A stretch of DNA of 63,317 nt, filler included, from Octopus bimaculoides (Eukaryota), in assembly GCF_001194135.2 (NCBI RefSeq). It is 3 parts of 3 records of this genome, joined end to end, with 100 filler letters (N's around TTAATTAATTAA, not from the genome) between each part and the next. Parts side by side here need not be neighbours in the genome. Positions count along the whole stretch, not along the records: positions 36,411 to 63,317 come from NC_068994.1; 2 more parts are not named here. One strand, written 5' to 3'. The position numbers were made by a program, and so were the translations under genes. The notes beneath the pieces are model-generated. The model had not been told where the DNA came from. It saw only the letters and a program-made list of their open reading frames with translations, and did no database searches. Positions 37,261 through 49,526 of the stretch are shown here, piece by piece; position 1 is the stretch's first letter; each line of letters starts with the position of its first letter.

Positions 37261-38080
37261 TTTCACTTTTAGCTGTTTGGAAAGCAGGGAAGTTTCTTCA
37301 GAAATAATGTCGTTTACCTGTTGTTTCTAGCATGTTGTGTTTTCTGGTGGTGATCTGGTATTTTCTAAGGTTTACTATTTCAGTAGAATTTTATGCATGT
37401 GGGAAACATCAGACAAAAGGGAAAGATTGGGAGATTTTAACTTTTTGAAAGTGGGTAGGTGATGGGTGCGTGAGGTGGGGGAAGGGGCATTGAATGTTTC
37501 TTTAAGAAAAATTAAACTATAAAAATATATGTATTTCCCAGATTCATAATTTCTGTATTTTTTTACATAGATAACAAAACAAAAAAGAAAAAAAGAAAAT
37601 TTGAAAAAGTTACAAATTAAGAAATTGCGGTAGGAATGGGAGGAAATTAAAATTTTGAAAACCAGATTTCTGAACAAAATTGAATTAACCCGCTTTTATA
37701 TGATGAAACAATACATAGTTTGTGATCCTTCTTAAGAACAGAAAGCACTTTCATGCAAATCCATGCAAATTATACCCTCTCTCTTCACTTTTAAACAAAC
37801 AGTAACTTCCATTATGCCATTAACTATATATCTGTGCTGATTCTGCCCATAAGAAAGGAGCAAATAATAATACAATGTACCTGTAGGTCATAACACCTTG
37901 GCAATAGTATAGTAATAATTTCATGTTCGGGTAGTCACCTTGTTGTATGCTGTTTAAAGCCCCTCCACAGTATTCAGCTACCTGATGTCAACAACAGTAT
38001 GGAGCACCTGGATTTATTTCAGGAATTCCTTTGTGTCTGTAGAATTTATGGGACTCTTTTTTCAGAAGCACTATAATTGA

Positions 38081-38320
38081 TTCAACCCATCATCAGGTGA
38101 GATGCTGTACAAACAATTATCATGCATCCTAGGTGCAGATGCTTATTTATGTAACAATACAATTTGCTAAGTGTAGCATATAGAAGTAAGTGAAAGAGCA
38201 AGTAAAAAAAATGAGGTGCTTTTTGAAAAGTCACCTGAGGAAATGCATCTGCACCTACAATGCATGACAATTGTTTATATAGCTTCTTACCTGTAAGGTA
38301 TCAGTGCATGATGGGTTGAA
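38081..38320. repeat. Imperfect inverted repeat, about 60-75 bp arms
   Basis: 38081-38142 (TTCAACCCATCAT...TGCATCCTAGGTGCAGATGC) pairs with 38245-38320 (GCATCTGCACCTACAATGCATGACAATTGTTT...ATGATGGGTTGAA), with an insertion of about 14 nt in the second arm. Confidence 0.85.
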
Positions 38321-38604
38321 ATGATCGTTGTGGTTCTCAATAAAGAGTCTTGTGAATTCCATTTTCTATCTCATATTTTATATATATGAAAGCAATTGGT
38401 GGTGGGGGACATTTTCTCTGAGCTCCGCCTACACTGTTTTACATTTATTTACAATACACCCAGGTTTTCTGTTACATTGTAAGGTTTATTTGTTTTGGTG
38501 TAATTGATATTTGTTGTCTCTTAGTGGGGTGTGGTTAGCCTTTGCAAACACTTCACATGAGAATAAATGGGTGTTATGTATGTATGTATGTATGTATGTA
38601 TGTA

Positions 38605-38636
<32 letters not shown>

Positions 38637-39018
38637 ATCACATACATATGTACATGTGTATGTATTTGTTTAGCCCCACATCATCCCTTATGAAAGCATA
38701 CTTGCCTTTTGAGGCTCTTTATAAGACAGGATGGGTGATTTGAAGGAGATTGACTGCTATTTTTGGCAGGTGGAGTGACCATTAGAGAAGGTTCCTTCTG
38801 GCATGGTATTACACTTAGGCTCATAAGCTCATGATTATAATTCCCAGACCTAGGTGGTACATTTATATTCTCAAGCAAAACACTTCATTACATGTTTTCT
38901 ACAATCACCTATTCAAGCAATGTTGATTTCCTGGACAGAATGAGCTTGAGCACTACTGTCTTGTATACTGAGAATCTCTGGATCTCATCTGTGGACTATA
39001 TGTATACACACACAGATA

Positions 39019-39898
39019 CAGAGTGTTTGGACTAAATTTGAAGGTTTGCATAAAAAGAAAAGAAAGCACAATATCCCATCCAAAAATAAAGTATTTTAAA
39101 AACTCGAAATATTTTAGCTAGATTACGGCTGGAAGATAATTTACTCAAAGTAACAACCTTCAACTTCCACCACAGCCTCAAAAGGTCTCCAGAACCTGGT
39201 ATAAGTGTTCCCTGCTGTGTCTCTGGCAAGTTCTTTGAACATTCTCCTTTATCTTGGCCACCAGCTTTTCATTTGTGTTGCAGGCAGAGTAGTTGATGTC
39301 TTTCACAAATGCACTCCACACTTAGTAAGCCATAGGATTACAATTGGAGGAATTAGGAGATCAAAAATTGGGGTTGGTGAAGTTGTAGAAATTCTCCAAC
39401 AACCAACTCTGACTCTTTTTGGAGGTCTGACAAGGAGCTGAATCCTACTGTAATACATATGGCCTTCCAAGATCAACCCTCTCCAGCAGCTTCATGTAGC
39501 TATCTGAATTGAGCCTAAGGCCCTGGTCAAATATGTGGGCAACATGATGACACTCTCATTAGAAACACAACAAAAGATCATTGCCTTCTTGCTAGCCACA
39601 GCTTCATAGTCTCTGTTGCTGCTGTCCAAGTGATGTCTTACTGCTTTTACAGAGTTCACAGAGAATCAAGTTGCAATCATGATGTTGGTATTTTGATACT
39701 CTGTGCAAATCTTCATGACACAGGTAACTCTTTTTCAATAATCAGATGGCTTCCAGTCCTCTTAGTCTGCTAACTTTTTCTCAACTAAAACTCTAATCTT
39801 AATGCTCTCCAATACCGTTGATTGTTCTTAAATATATCAAGCAGTTCTAAAAGAATGTAAAATAAAAAGCAGTGGACAAATTCAACCTGAACACCTTG
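39019..39898 (-). mobile_element. Internally deleted Tc1/mariner-superfamily transposon
   Basis: Degenerate TIRs CAGAGTGTTTGGACTAAATTTG / CAAGGTGTTCAGGTTGAATTTG; minus-strand remnants GRPYVLQ*DSAPCQTSKKSQSWLLENF, PNSSNCNPM and EAVVEVEGCYFE*. Confidence 0.8.
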
Positions 39899-39960
39899 TG
39901 TGTATGTGTAAGCACATGCATGCGTATGTTGTGTATGTGTGTGTGTGTATGTATGTTGTA

Positions 39961-40189
39961 GGAGAGAAATGTGTTCGCATGGATGATGGTACGCTTGCAT
40001 TAAATGAGGATGCAAAGAAAGAGGTCTGGAGATGCCACTACGATAGATTGCTTAATAAAGAGAATGAATGGGAGAAAGAGAGCCTGCCTTATGTCGACCC
40101 AATAGAGGGACCAGCTATCCGAGTTGATAGTACCAGGGTAGATAAAGCAATTAAGAGTATGAAGACCGGGAAAGCCCCCGGCCCATCAG
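39961..40189 (+). mobile_element. RTE-like LINE fragment (pre-RT region)
   Basis: KKEVWRCHYDRLLNKENEW...RVDKAIKSMKTGKAPGPS (V..AI..MK.GKA.GP motif); runs into a gap. Confidence 0.8.
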
Positions 40190-40458
40190 NNNNNNNNNNN
40201 NNNNNNNNNNNNNNNNNNNNNNNNNNNNNNNNNNNNNNNNNNNNNNNNNNNNNNNNNNNNNNNNNNNNNNNNNNNNNNNNNNNNNNNNNNNNNNNNNNNN
40301 NNNNNNNNNNNNNNNNNNNNNNNNNNNNNNNNNNNNNNNNNNNNNNNNNNNNNNNNNNNNNNNNNNNNNNNNNNNNNNNNNNNNNNNNNNNNNNNNNNNN
40401 NNNNNNNNNNNNNNNNNNNNNNNNNNNNNNNNNNNNNNNNNNNNNNNNNNNNNNNNNN

Positions 40459-40493
<35 letters not shown>

Positions 40494-40614
40494 GCGAGAG
40501 AGTTAGGGGTTGAGGATTCAACCCACTAAGGGATAGTATCTATCCAATATACTGCTGGGAGGGTACCCAATTATTGCTACACTAGTGTTATACCAAGTGC
40601 AATAAATGGGAGCG

Positions 40615-41764
40615 GGTAACTGCATTGTTTTGTTTCCAGGTAAAATAACATCTGACTGTTCAAAGAAGACTTGAAAAGTAACTAGTAGTGACTTCTCTTT
40701 AAAATAGACAAAATTTGGCATTGTGGTGTTATTAAGTACCTGCAGAAAAAAGGTTTAGCCCCCAAGAACATTCATGCTGACATGGTTGCTACATTAGGGG
40801 ATAACTCTCCAGCTTTATCAACTGTGCAAAAGTAGGAAGATAAATTTAGGAGGGGAAGGGAGAGTCTTGAGAATGACCCAGAGTCTGGACATTCTGCAAC
40901 TGCCACTACGGAGGAAAACATTGATCATGTTCACCACATGGTGATAGATGACAGGTGATTGACTATAAATCAAATAGCCAATGCTATTAGCATACCCTGT
41001 AAGAGAGGTGAGAATATTCTGAACAATGAACTTGGCGTAATGTAAGTTTCTGCTCAGTGAGTGCTATGTTTTCTGACACTTGATCAAAAGCGCACCAGGC
41101 TGATCACATCACAAGGAAAATCTGACATTGTTTGAAGCAGATCAAGCTGGTTTCCTTGAATGTTTCCTAACCCAGGATGAGTGTTGGCTTCATCTCTTTG
41201 AGCCAAAGAGGCAATCCATGAAGTGGAAACACCCCTCCTCACTTGCTTCATCTGCAGGGAAGGTGATGACCCCAATTGACTATCTTCAGAAGCACTACAT
41301 CATCAATGGAGAGTACCATGCCAGGTTCGGAAGGCTATCAAGACCAAACACCCAGGAAAACTGATGAAATGAATTTTGTTTCATCAGGACAATGCTCCAG
41401 CATACAAGTCCTTGCTTTCATTGGCTATTTTGCATGATTCTAGCTTTGAACTGGTTGATTACCATCCCTATTCTCTTGATCCTATTCTATTGATTTGGCT
41501 CCATCTGACTATCATTTGTTCCCTAACATGAAAAAAAAACACTTGGCTGGGAACCAGTATCACAGTGATGATAATGTCATATCTGCTGTTGACATTTTTT
41601 TTAACTAACTGGATGAAAACTTCACTAATGGGATCCAAACACTGCAATATTGATGGAAGAAGTGTGTGGACCACAAGAGGGATTATGTTGAAAAATAAAC
41701 CTCATTTGATCACATTCCATGAGAGTATTTTGGTTAGCCTATGAACTTTTCAACTGATCCTTGT
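40615..41764 (+). mobile_element. Degenerate mariner transposon (same family as 6184-6950), with right TIR
   Basis: Shares AAGAACATTCATGCTGACATGGTTGCTACATTAG with the 6.4-kb copy; TQDECWLHLFEP, HQDNAPAYK and HHPYSLD..APSDYHLFPNMKK motifs (mariner DD34D region); ends GCCTATGAACTTTTCAACTGATCCTTG. Confidence 0.9.
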
Positions 41765-41984
41765 GATCAGTGTTACTTTCATACAACTGCTGATTACTTC
41801 AGTAAAATATATTTATTTTGACCAAACATACAATATTAGTTACATCACTCTAGGTACTGAGTTCAAATCACACTGGAAATGTCTTGGATTTTTGTTTTTA
41901 TAGAGTTGGTAAAATAAATGGAAGACATATATTGGAGTTTATTGAAACCAGAGTCCTCACCTCAAAATATGTGGTCTTGTGCTA

Positions 41985-42200
41985 ACAAGCTGGCAGAATT
42001 GTTACTGTGCCAGACAAAATGCTTAGCAGTATTTTTCTCAGTTTTATGTTTTGAGATCAAATGATGCTAAAGTTGATTGTGCCTTTCATCCTTTTGGGGT
42101 CAATTAAATGAGTACCAGTTGAGGATTGGAGTTGATGTAATTGACTAGCCCCCTCTCCTAAAAATATTTCAGGCCTAGTACCTATAGTAGAAAGAATTAT
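41985..42200 (+). mobile_element. SINE family B copy (CpG-depleted)
   Basis: AAGCTGGCAGAATTGTTA head, TGCCTTTCATCCTTTTGGGGTCAATTAAATGAGTACCAG core. Similar copies at 44622-44830(+), 54715-54920(-), 57350-57520(+) and 60278-60485(+). Confidence 0.82.
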
Positions 42201-42684
42201 TATTTTAATTTTTATTATTAGCATGTAAGTTCCATAGCAGCTTATAAAAAAGTTTCTGTTTGAGTTTGTGTTTTATATTTGTTAATTAGCCCCAGGTCTG
42301 CACTGACTGAGTAATAATTACTCCAGAGAAGATTGAGAAACCCATGTTGAAAATTGTTCTAATCTTGATCATTCCATCTAATTAGGACTACATTACCTGA
42401 TGTGTCCTTTCCTTTTAAGGTAGTGAAGCATTGAGAGAGATTTAGCTATTATTTCCAGCATGTCAAGCAACCACAAAGAGGTTCCCTCATTGGTTTGTGC
42501 TTCAGTTTTAAGTTTCTCCAGTTTAAGAATACCAAGACCACCATCTCACAACCTGGGTACCTTTAGTGCAGTCTATTCTGCTGCAAACTATGACCCGTCG
42601 GTTTTTATTTCTGCCCCTCCTCCAGTTTTAGGTACCCTACAAAAAAAAAAAAATCAAAGGCTGTGCCCTTCCTCATCTGGTTAA

Positions 42685-42890
42685 CCCTTTAGCATTTAAA
42701 CTGACCATATCTGGCTAAAATATTCTACCTGTGTTATGTTCAAACTGGCAAGATCTTGCCTCTCACACCTACCCTATTTTTAAAATAGACAACCACACCG
42801 TCAATATCTCAAAGCTACAAATAATACGTGGTTAATTCAAAACAATGATTAATATGCATTACATTTCACAGTAATCTGAATGCTAAAGGG
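42685..42890. mobile_element. piggyBac-type MITE (206 bp)
   Basis: TTAA|CCCTTTAGCATT ... AATGCTAAAGGG|TTAA: 12-bp perfect TIR, CCC/GGG termini and TTAA target duplication. Confidence 0.9.
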
Positions 42891-45339
42891 TTAAACCACA
42901 CACCTCTACAAAACTTTAAATACTGAGATAGTTTAGATTTTCTTTTTTTTGTTTTTTTTCATGTGACTGCTGAGATAACTGTTATATTGACTTAAATTCA
43001 GAAGAAAGGGGTTTTGTATGAGTAATCAAAAAAATAGGTGCCCACTTGACTTTGGATATCCTGCTGCAGCTGTTGTTCCTTTTGTGCATTGTCCTTTTTT
43101 TTTTATTAGAAGCATTCAGTTAGTTTAAATGATTGAATGAAAATTTAACAACCCAGTCTGTAGGTTTGTGTTTGTATAATGGTGGTGGGTGGAAATGGAA
43201 AAGCCACAAAAACCATAAAATCAACAACATTTCTATGGTTTTTATTGTTAGCAGAAATAGGCTGCAAGCACTTTTAGAGCCCCGCCCAGTGAGTGTCGCA
43301 AACCTGTCTAATATTTGTAGGATGTGACAGACTTGTTTCTCTTGTGTGATGACAAAATGGAGTTAATTTATGCTGACAACACATACCAACCAGTCTGGTG
43401 TTGAGTGATGTTTACTCTAGCCCTACACTATGACCAATCACATCTACGCTGGTAGTAACCAAACACCAACATCAGCATTGATGTAGGTTAAACTGGTTGT
43501 TCTTACTCAGCAAACCAGTTTGTTTTCTTACTTTCTGACAGTTTCTAACTTTAAGTAGGAAAATTAAATTTAAAAAACAGGTGGTAGGATAAGTAGGAGG
43601 TGACTATAGCAGTGGTGATGTAGTAGGAGGTGACTATGATGGTGGGGAGTAAGAAGGGGTGGCTATAGTGGTGGTAAGGTATGTAGGGAGTGACTATAGT
43701 AGTGGTGGTGAATTGTTTTTCTTATTTACATAAAAACAAATTTTTATGTTGTTTAACGTGATTGGACAAGCCCCTGAACCAAAGGTACTCTAGGTGACCA
43801 TCTAATCTTTATACGAGTTAGTAGGATTACATTATTTAATGTCATTTATTTACCAAATACAATAAAGTGTGAATTGAGTGAAATTTCACTGCTACATTTA
43901 GCAGGTCAAGTGACCATGTAGAAGCTTTTTCACAACATAGGTGAAATATATGTTATGGCATTCATGCCTTTCCAAAAAGTATCAGTTATATATGTTAAAC
44001 AGTTTCAAATGAGAATTGAAACCATGAATGGCTGCACTACATACCAGCCAAATGATGATTTGGGTTATGATGAAGATGATGATGCTGTGATGTTCATGTC
44101 TTTCTCAAAAGTATCAATGATTATAGGAATTGAAACTTGGCTGTAGAATGAATAAAATGTCAAGTAACCACCACCCTCTAAGATGTTTTTCATTGTGACT
44201 TTGTTCAAAAGTTTTTTCAATCAGCATCATCATCAAATATTATGATAGGCATCAGCATTGCTGTGTGGTTAAGGATCTTGCTTCCTAACCATGTGGTCTC
44301 AAGTTCACTTTCATTATGTAGCAGCTTGGGCAGCCAACCAAAACCTTGTGAGTGGATTTGGTAGGTAGAAAATAGAAATGGCCTGTTGTGTGTGTGAATA
44401 CATACCCTTATCTTGACATCACATGGTTGTCAATGAGTACCACCATCATACATGTTCATTTAATCTTCCATAAAGGAAGGACCATAGAAAATTTGCCACA
44501 ACATATTTTGTCTGACCCATGCAAGCATGGAAAAGTGGATGTTAAATGATGATGATTTCCATGCTGGTATGGGTTGGATTGGTCTGCTACACAGTAATTG
44601 TAATATTATTTAGAAATTATAGGGCAGCAAGCAGACAGAATTGTTAGCACGCTAGGCAGAATGCACAGCAGCATTTTGTTGATCTTTGTTTTGAGTTCAA
44701 ATTCTGCTGAGGTTGACTTTGCATTTCATTGTTTTGGGGGTCAGTAAAATAAAGACCAATCGAGAACTGGGGTTGATGTTATTGACATCCCCCACCCCAA
44801 ACTTGCTGGTCTTGTGCCAAAATTTGAAACCAATATTATTTAGAGGTTTTGTTATAGTCATTCCTGATGTAATTTGTATTCTGTGCAAAATAGTTCTCAA
44901 TGGAATCTAAAACTGATGCAGATGACATTGCTCACAAGAACTTAGGTGTATAACTAAGTACAACAGTTGAGATAGAATAACAACAATCATGTATGTGAGT
45001 AGCTTAGCATGTTATTAATATATAATGCATGACTCAGGCTGAGGAAGAATGAGGCTGTTAAAAGGCTGGGTTTCAAAAGATGTTAACTAGATTCAGCTAA
45101 AATGAAACAGAAGTCTGTATGGCAAACTCATTCAGATGCATTCCAGCATTAAGAAAACTTGTTTTACCTGTGAACCCACAGGCACACGCGTGCATGTGCG
45201 CCCCCCTCCCCCAGATATGTATATCATAAAATACACTGATATATATATATATATATATTTAAAATGCAGAGATGCCTACTCTCGCTAGACCACTGGTGGT
45301 AAATGAAATTTCTAAAAATTTTTTTGCTACCCTATAATT

Positions 45340-45375
<36 letters not shown>

Positions 45376-45514
45376 ATATCAAAATTGCAATATGATCTAC
45401 TGCTGGCTTACTTGAGGGTTTTCTTACATTATCTGATTTTGTCGTCCTGTTCTTTCAGAGATGTTAACTGAATACATTTCTAACACTATATGCATTTGTT
45501 TCTTCATATTCAGA

Positions 45515-45790
45515 ATTATGGCTGTGTGGTTAAGAGGCTTGCTTTGCAACCACATGATTTCAGGTTCAGTCCCACTTCAAAGCACCTTAGGAAAATGTTT
45601 TCTACTGTAGCCCCTGACCAACCAATGCCTTGTTAGTGAATTTGGTAGATAGAAACTGTGTTGAAGTACATCATGTATGTATGTGTGTATGTACATTTGT
45701 ATCTCTCCCCTCCACTATTTGACAATGAATGTTGATTTGTTTACATCCTTGTAACTTAGAAATTCAGCAAAAGAGATTGATAGCATAACT
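45515..45790 (+). mobile_element. SINE family A 5' part, interrupted by the RTE insertion
   Basis: Head and core present; the element stops at AGCATAACT and resumes at 48629-48735 with the 3' body (TTGATTTGTTTGA.TAAA...CAGCATG...AATGACTGAAA). Confidence 0.78.
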
Positions 45791-48628
45791 TGTTGTTGTT
45801 GTTGTTGGCATCTTTTTTGTCTCGGGAGACAATGGAGTTGCGCATAAAATAATCTAGTCCGGTTTTTCCATTTCATGTCCTAATGCATCTCCTGCTGTGG
45901 CTGCGTAGTCCCATCCTGGCAGGTGCCGCAAATGTAGCGAAGGCTTTGCCTGGCTGGTTGTGATGTCATGGTTTCTTGNNNNNNNNNNNNNNNNNNNNNN
46001 NNNNNNNNNNNNNNNNNNNNNNNNNNNNNNNNNNNNNNNNNNNNNNNNNNNNNNNNNNNNNNNNNNNNNNNNNNNNNNNNNNNNNNNNNNNNNNNNNNNN
46101 NNNNNNNNNNNNNNNNNNNNNNNNNNNNNNNNNNNNNNNNNNNNNNNNNNNNNNNNNNNNNNNNNNNNNNNNNNNNNNNNNNNNNNNNNNNNNNNNNNNN
46201 NNNNNNNNNNNNNNNNNNNNNNNNNNNNNNNNNNNNNNNNNNNNNNNNNNNNNNNNNNNNNNNNNNNNNNNNNNNNNNNNNNNNNNNNNNNNNNNNNNNN
46301 NNNNNNNNNNNNNNNNNNNNNNNNNNNNNNNNNNNNNNNNNNNNNNNNNNNNNNNNNNNNNNNNNNNNNNNNNNNNNNNNNNNNNNNNNNNNNNNNNNNN
46401 NNNNNNNNNNNNNNNNNNNNNNNNNNNNNNNNNNNNNNNNNNNNNNNNNNNNNNNNNNNNNNNNNNNNNNNNNNNNNNNNNNNNNNNNNNNNNNNNNNNN
46501 NNNNNNNNNNNNNNNNNNNNNNNNNNNNNNNNNNNNNNNNNNNNNNNNNNNNNNNNNNNNNNNNNNNNNNNNNNNNNNNNNNNNNNNNNNNNNNNNNNNN
46601 NNNNNNNNNNNNNNNNNNNNNNNNNNNNNNNNNNNNNNNNNNNNNNNNNNNNNNNNNNNNNNNNNNNNNNNNNNNNNNNNNNNNNNNNNNNNNNNNNNNN
46701 NNNNNNNNNNNNNNNNNNNNNNNNNNNNNNNNNNNNNNNNNNNNNNNNNNNNNNNNNNNNNNNNNNNNNNNNNNNNNNNNNNNNNNNNNNNNNNNNNNNN
46801 NNNNNNNNNNNNNNNNNNNNNNNNNNNNNNNNNNNNNNNNNNNNNNNNNNNNNNNNNNNNNNNNNNNNNNNNNNNNNNNNNNNNNNNNNNNNNNNTGTAG
46901 GAGCAAGGACACAGCCTTGCTTTACCCCGTTTTTTATTTGGAAGGTGGCTGATGTTGAACCATTGTGCCTTGCATATCATCATGGAAAGATTTGATAATC
47001 TTCAGCAACTTTGGTGGACATCTGATTTTTTGAAGCAGGATGAAGAGGCCTTTTCCACTTAACAAGTCAAAAGCCTTTGTCAGATCAATGAAGGCCATAT
47101 ATAATGGCATTTTCTGCTCTCTGGATTTCTCCTGAAGTTGGCGTATGGAGAATATCATGTCAATAGTTGATCTGCTTCTTCTAAAGCCACACTGCGATTC
47201 TGGATAAATTCGAGAAGCAAGCAGTTGTAGCCTGGACAGGATAACACGAGCAAAGGACTTTCCAACAGTGCTGAGAAGAGATATTCCACGGTAATTGTTA
47301 CACTCACCACGGTCACCTTTGTTTTTGTAAAGCATAATGATGTTAGCATCCCGCATATCCTGAGGGACTGTACCCTCTTCCCAGCATTGACACAAAAGCT
47401 CGTGAAGGTGCCGAAGCAGAGCGGTGTTTTTGCCAGCTTTGATGATCTCTGAGGGGATGCCGTCTTTTCCTGGAGCCTTGCCACTGGCTAGGGAGTCAAT
47501 AGCGTTGGTGAGCTCCTCTATAGACGGCAGATTGTCAAGCTCACACATGGCCGGCAAGATCTTGACACCCTCGATTGCAGCCTCAGTGACCGTGGTCTCC
47601 CGTGAGTAGAGATCCTGGTAGTACTCCACCCATCTATCCATTTGCTTGCTTTGGTCCAGTAGTTGATTTCAGAGGGGTTGACTTGGTTGTGGATGGACCG
47701 AGGGCCTTCTTCAAACTGGCATACATCCCATGGGTGTCGCCACTGTCAGCGGCTGACTAGATACCTTGACAGATTTCCTGCTAATACGTATTTGCACAGC
47801 GCCTGTCAGTCAGTTGGGTTTTATTTCTTGCCTTTCTGAGTTCTTCGAGTGACTTTGTAGAAGAATAACTCTTGTATTGTATCAGAGCTGTGCGCTTTGC
47901 TTCAATAACTGGTTCCAGCTCTGAGAGCCCAGCACTGAACCAATCTGGGTTTTGTCTTTCACTTATGCTGAAAATATCTATTGATGTGGTATTCAAAGCT
48001 TCCCTGATATAATTCCACCTACTTTCAGCAGAGGAGGATGGACAGCTACTGAGGGCAAACTTGATAGAAACAGCAAAACATTTTCGCAGTGTAGGGTCTG
48101 AGGTTCTGGCAGTGTTAATGCGTGATTGGCCCATTTTCTTGGAGTGATGGACTTTTTTAGGCAGAATCTTCACCCTACTTCTTATTAGTGAATGATCTGT
48201 GTCACAATCCATGCTGTGGTAACTACAGATCAATTGGACAGAATTCAGAAAGGATCTTTGTGTGATGATGAAATCCAACTGATGCTAGTGGTGAAATCTT
48301 GGATGTCTCCAAGATGCCTTGTGGGATGGCTTGTTGGCAAAGAATGTGTTGGTGATGCACAGGTTAAGGTATGTGCAAAATTCAAGCAGTCTCTGACCAT
48401 TGTCATTCATGTTGCCAATACCAAAATGTCTGACACAAATGGGCCACGAGTCATGGTCAGATCCCACGCGAGCGTTAAAATCTCCTAGAAGGTAGATGTT
48501 TTCATTGGTTGGTATGTTTCTAATGACACAGTTGAGATCTTTGTAGAGCTGGTCCTTGGTCTTCTCTGAGCTGTAGAGAGTGGGAGCATAGATGCTCAGT
48601 AAATGTACTGAGCCAGAAGGGCTCAAGA
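45791..48628 (-). mobile_element. 5'-truncated RTE-clade LINE (APE endonuclease, RT, finger, (CAA)n tail) with 9-bp TSD
   Basis: EN: LSIYAPT...LLGDFNARVG...GNMNDNGQRLLEFC...TNTFF...MDFII...TDHSLI. RT: KAPGKDGIPSE, YRGISLLS, QCGFRRSRSTIDMIF..RQLQEK, FIDLTKAFD, GVKQGCVLAPT (frameshifted). YICGTC finger and (CAA)n tail at 45791-45807; AGCATAACT duplicated at 45782-45790 and 48629-48637. Includes an N gap, stops and frameshifts. Confidence 0.93.
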
Positions 48629-49165
48629 AGCATAACTACCAACCTTAAAAAGATATGAGTTCTGGAGTTGATTTGTTTGAGTAAACCCTTCAAGGTGGTA
48701 CCTCAGCATGATTGCTGTCTAATGACTGAAATAAGGAAAAGGAATGATAAATATAAACGATACAATATTTTCACAGGTTGATCTATAGTTTGTGTGTGTG
48801 TGAGATAGATGGATAGATACGTAAACTTGTTGTCTGGTCAGTTTTATCAGTTATTTGGTTTATTTTATGTTCGGGTGCAGACATGTTTTTGTGTAGTTAA
48901 GAAACTTGCTTCATAATCTCACAATCCTGTGTTTAATGCCATTGCATGGTACCTTGGACAAGTACTTCTTTCTTCTACTGTAGCTTCATGTTAATCAGTA
49001 CTTCATGAGTGGAATTTGGTAGAGAGGGAACTGAGCAGTAGCCCCTCGTGTGGTTATATGTAGAGCTTTTGCCAATGTATATTGGGGAAGGATATATACA
49101 TTGCTCCCACCTCACCCCCAAAAACTGCTGCTTTGAGAGAAAAGTCCTTTGGGATATTTGTTCTA

Positions 49166-49526
49166 CAGAATGGTCCAAAAGTCTTGTCACCACCTGTAAA
49201 TATTGTTTTTTAATTTTCTATTATCAAGGAGAGAGTTTCACAAGAGCTATACCAGAATACCCAACAGTTGAAGGACGTTGTTTCAGCAGCCTTTGCAACT
49301 ATTACTAAAGCACAACTTCGTAAAATATCACACAGAACATGGTGCTGCATTATTTTGTGCCATGAAAATGATGGTGTTCATATAGACCTTCTCGATGTGT
49401 GACAGTGTCAGTGTCAATGAAAGTGAATGTATTAAAACCAGTACAGGTGTTTGATATTATTATATTGTTCCTCTGTTGTTCATATTACTTTTTGGTAGTG
49501 GGTGACAAGATTTTTGGACCACCCTA
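49166..49526 (+). mobile_element. Internally deleted Tc1/mariner element (361 bp)
   Basis: TA|CAGAATGGTCCAAAAGTCTTGTCACC ... GGTGACAAGATTTTTGGACCACCCTA|TA; retains the transposase C-terminus QQLKDVVSAAFATIT...RTWCCIILCHENDGVHID. Confidence 0.82.

Noticed and set aside
37333-37450. Short ORF MLCFLVVIWYFLRFTISVEFYACGKHQTKGKDW as RNase H1 exon 1
   Set aside because: Only FYA matches; the GR..G motif is absent and no GT donor follows the distal TG.
37870-38370. Apparent minus-strand exon chain MEFTRLFIENHNDHFNPSCTDTLQ / VLHTVVDI / IQQGDYPNMKLLLYYCQGVMTY
   Set aside because: The phases can be made to fit, but this needs a 32-nt intron (37950-37981) and a weak A-rich acceptor; the peptide is not recognisable and the first piece overlaps the inverted repeat.
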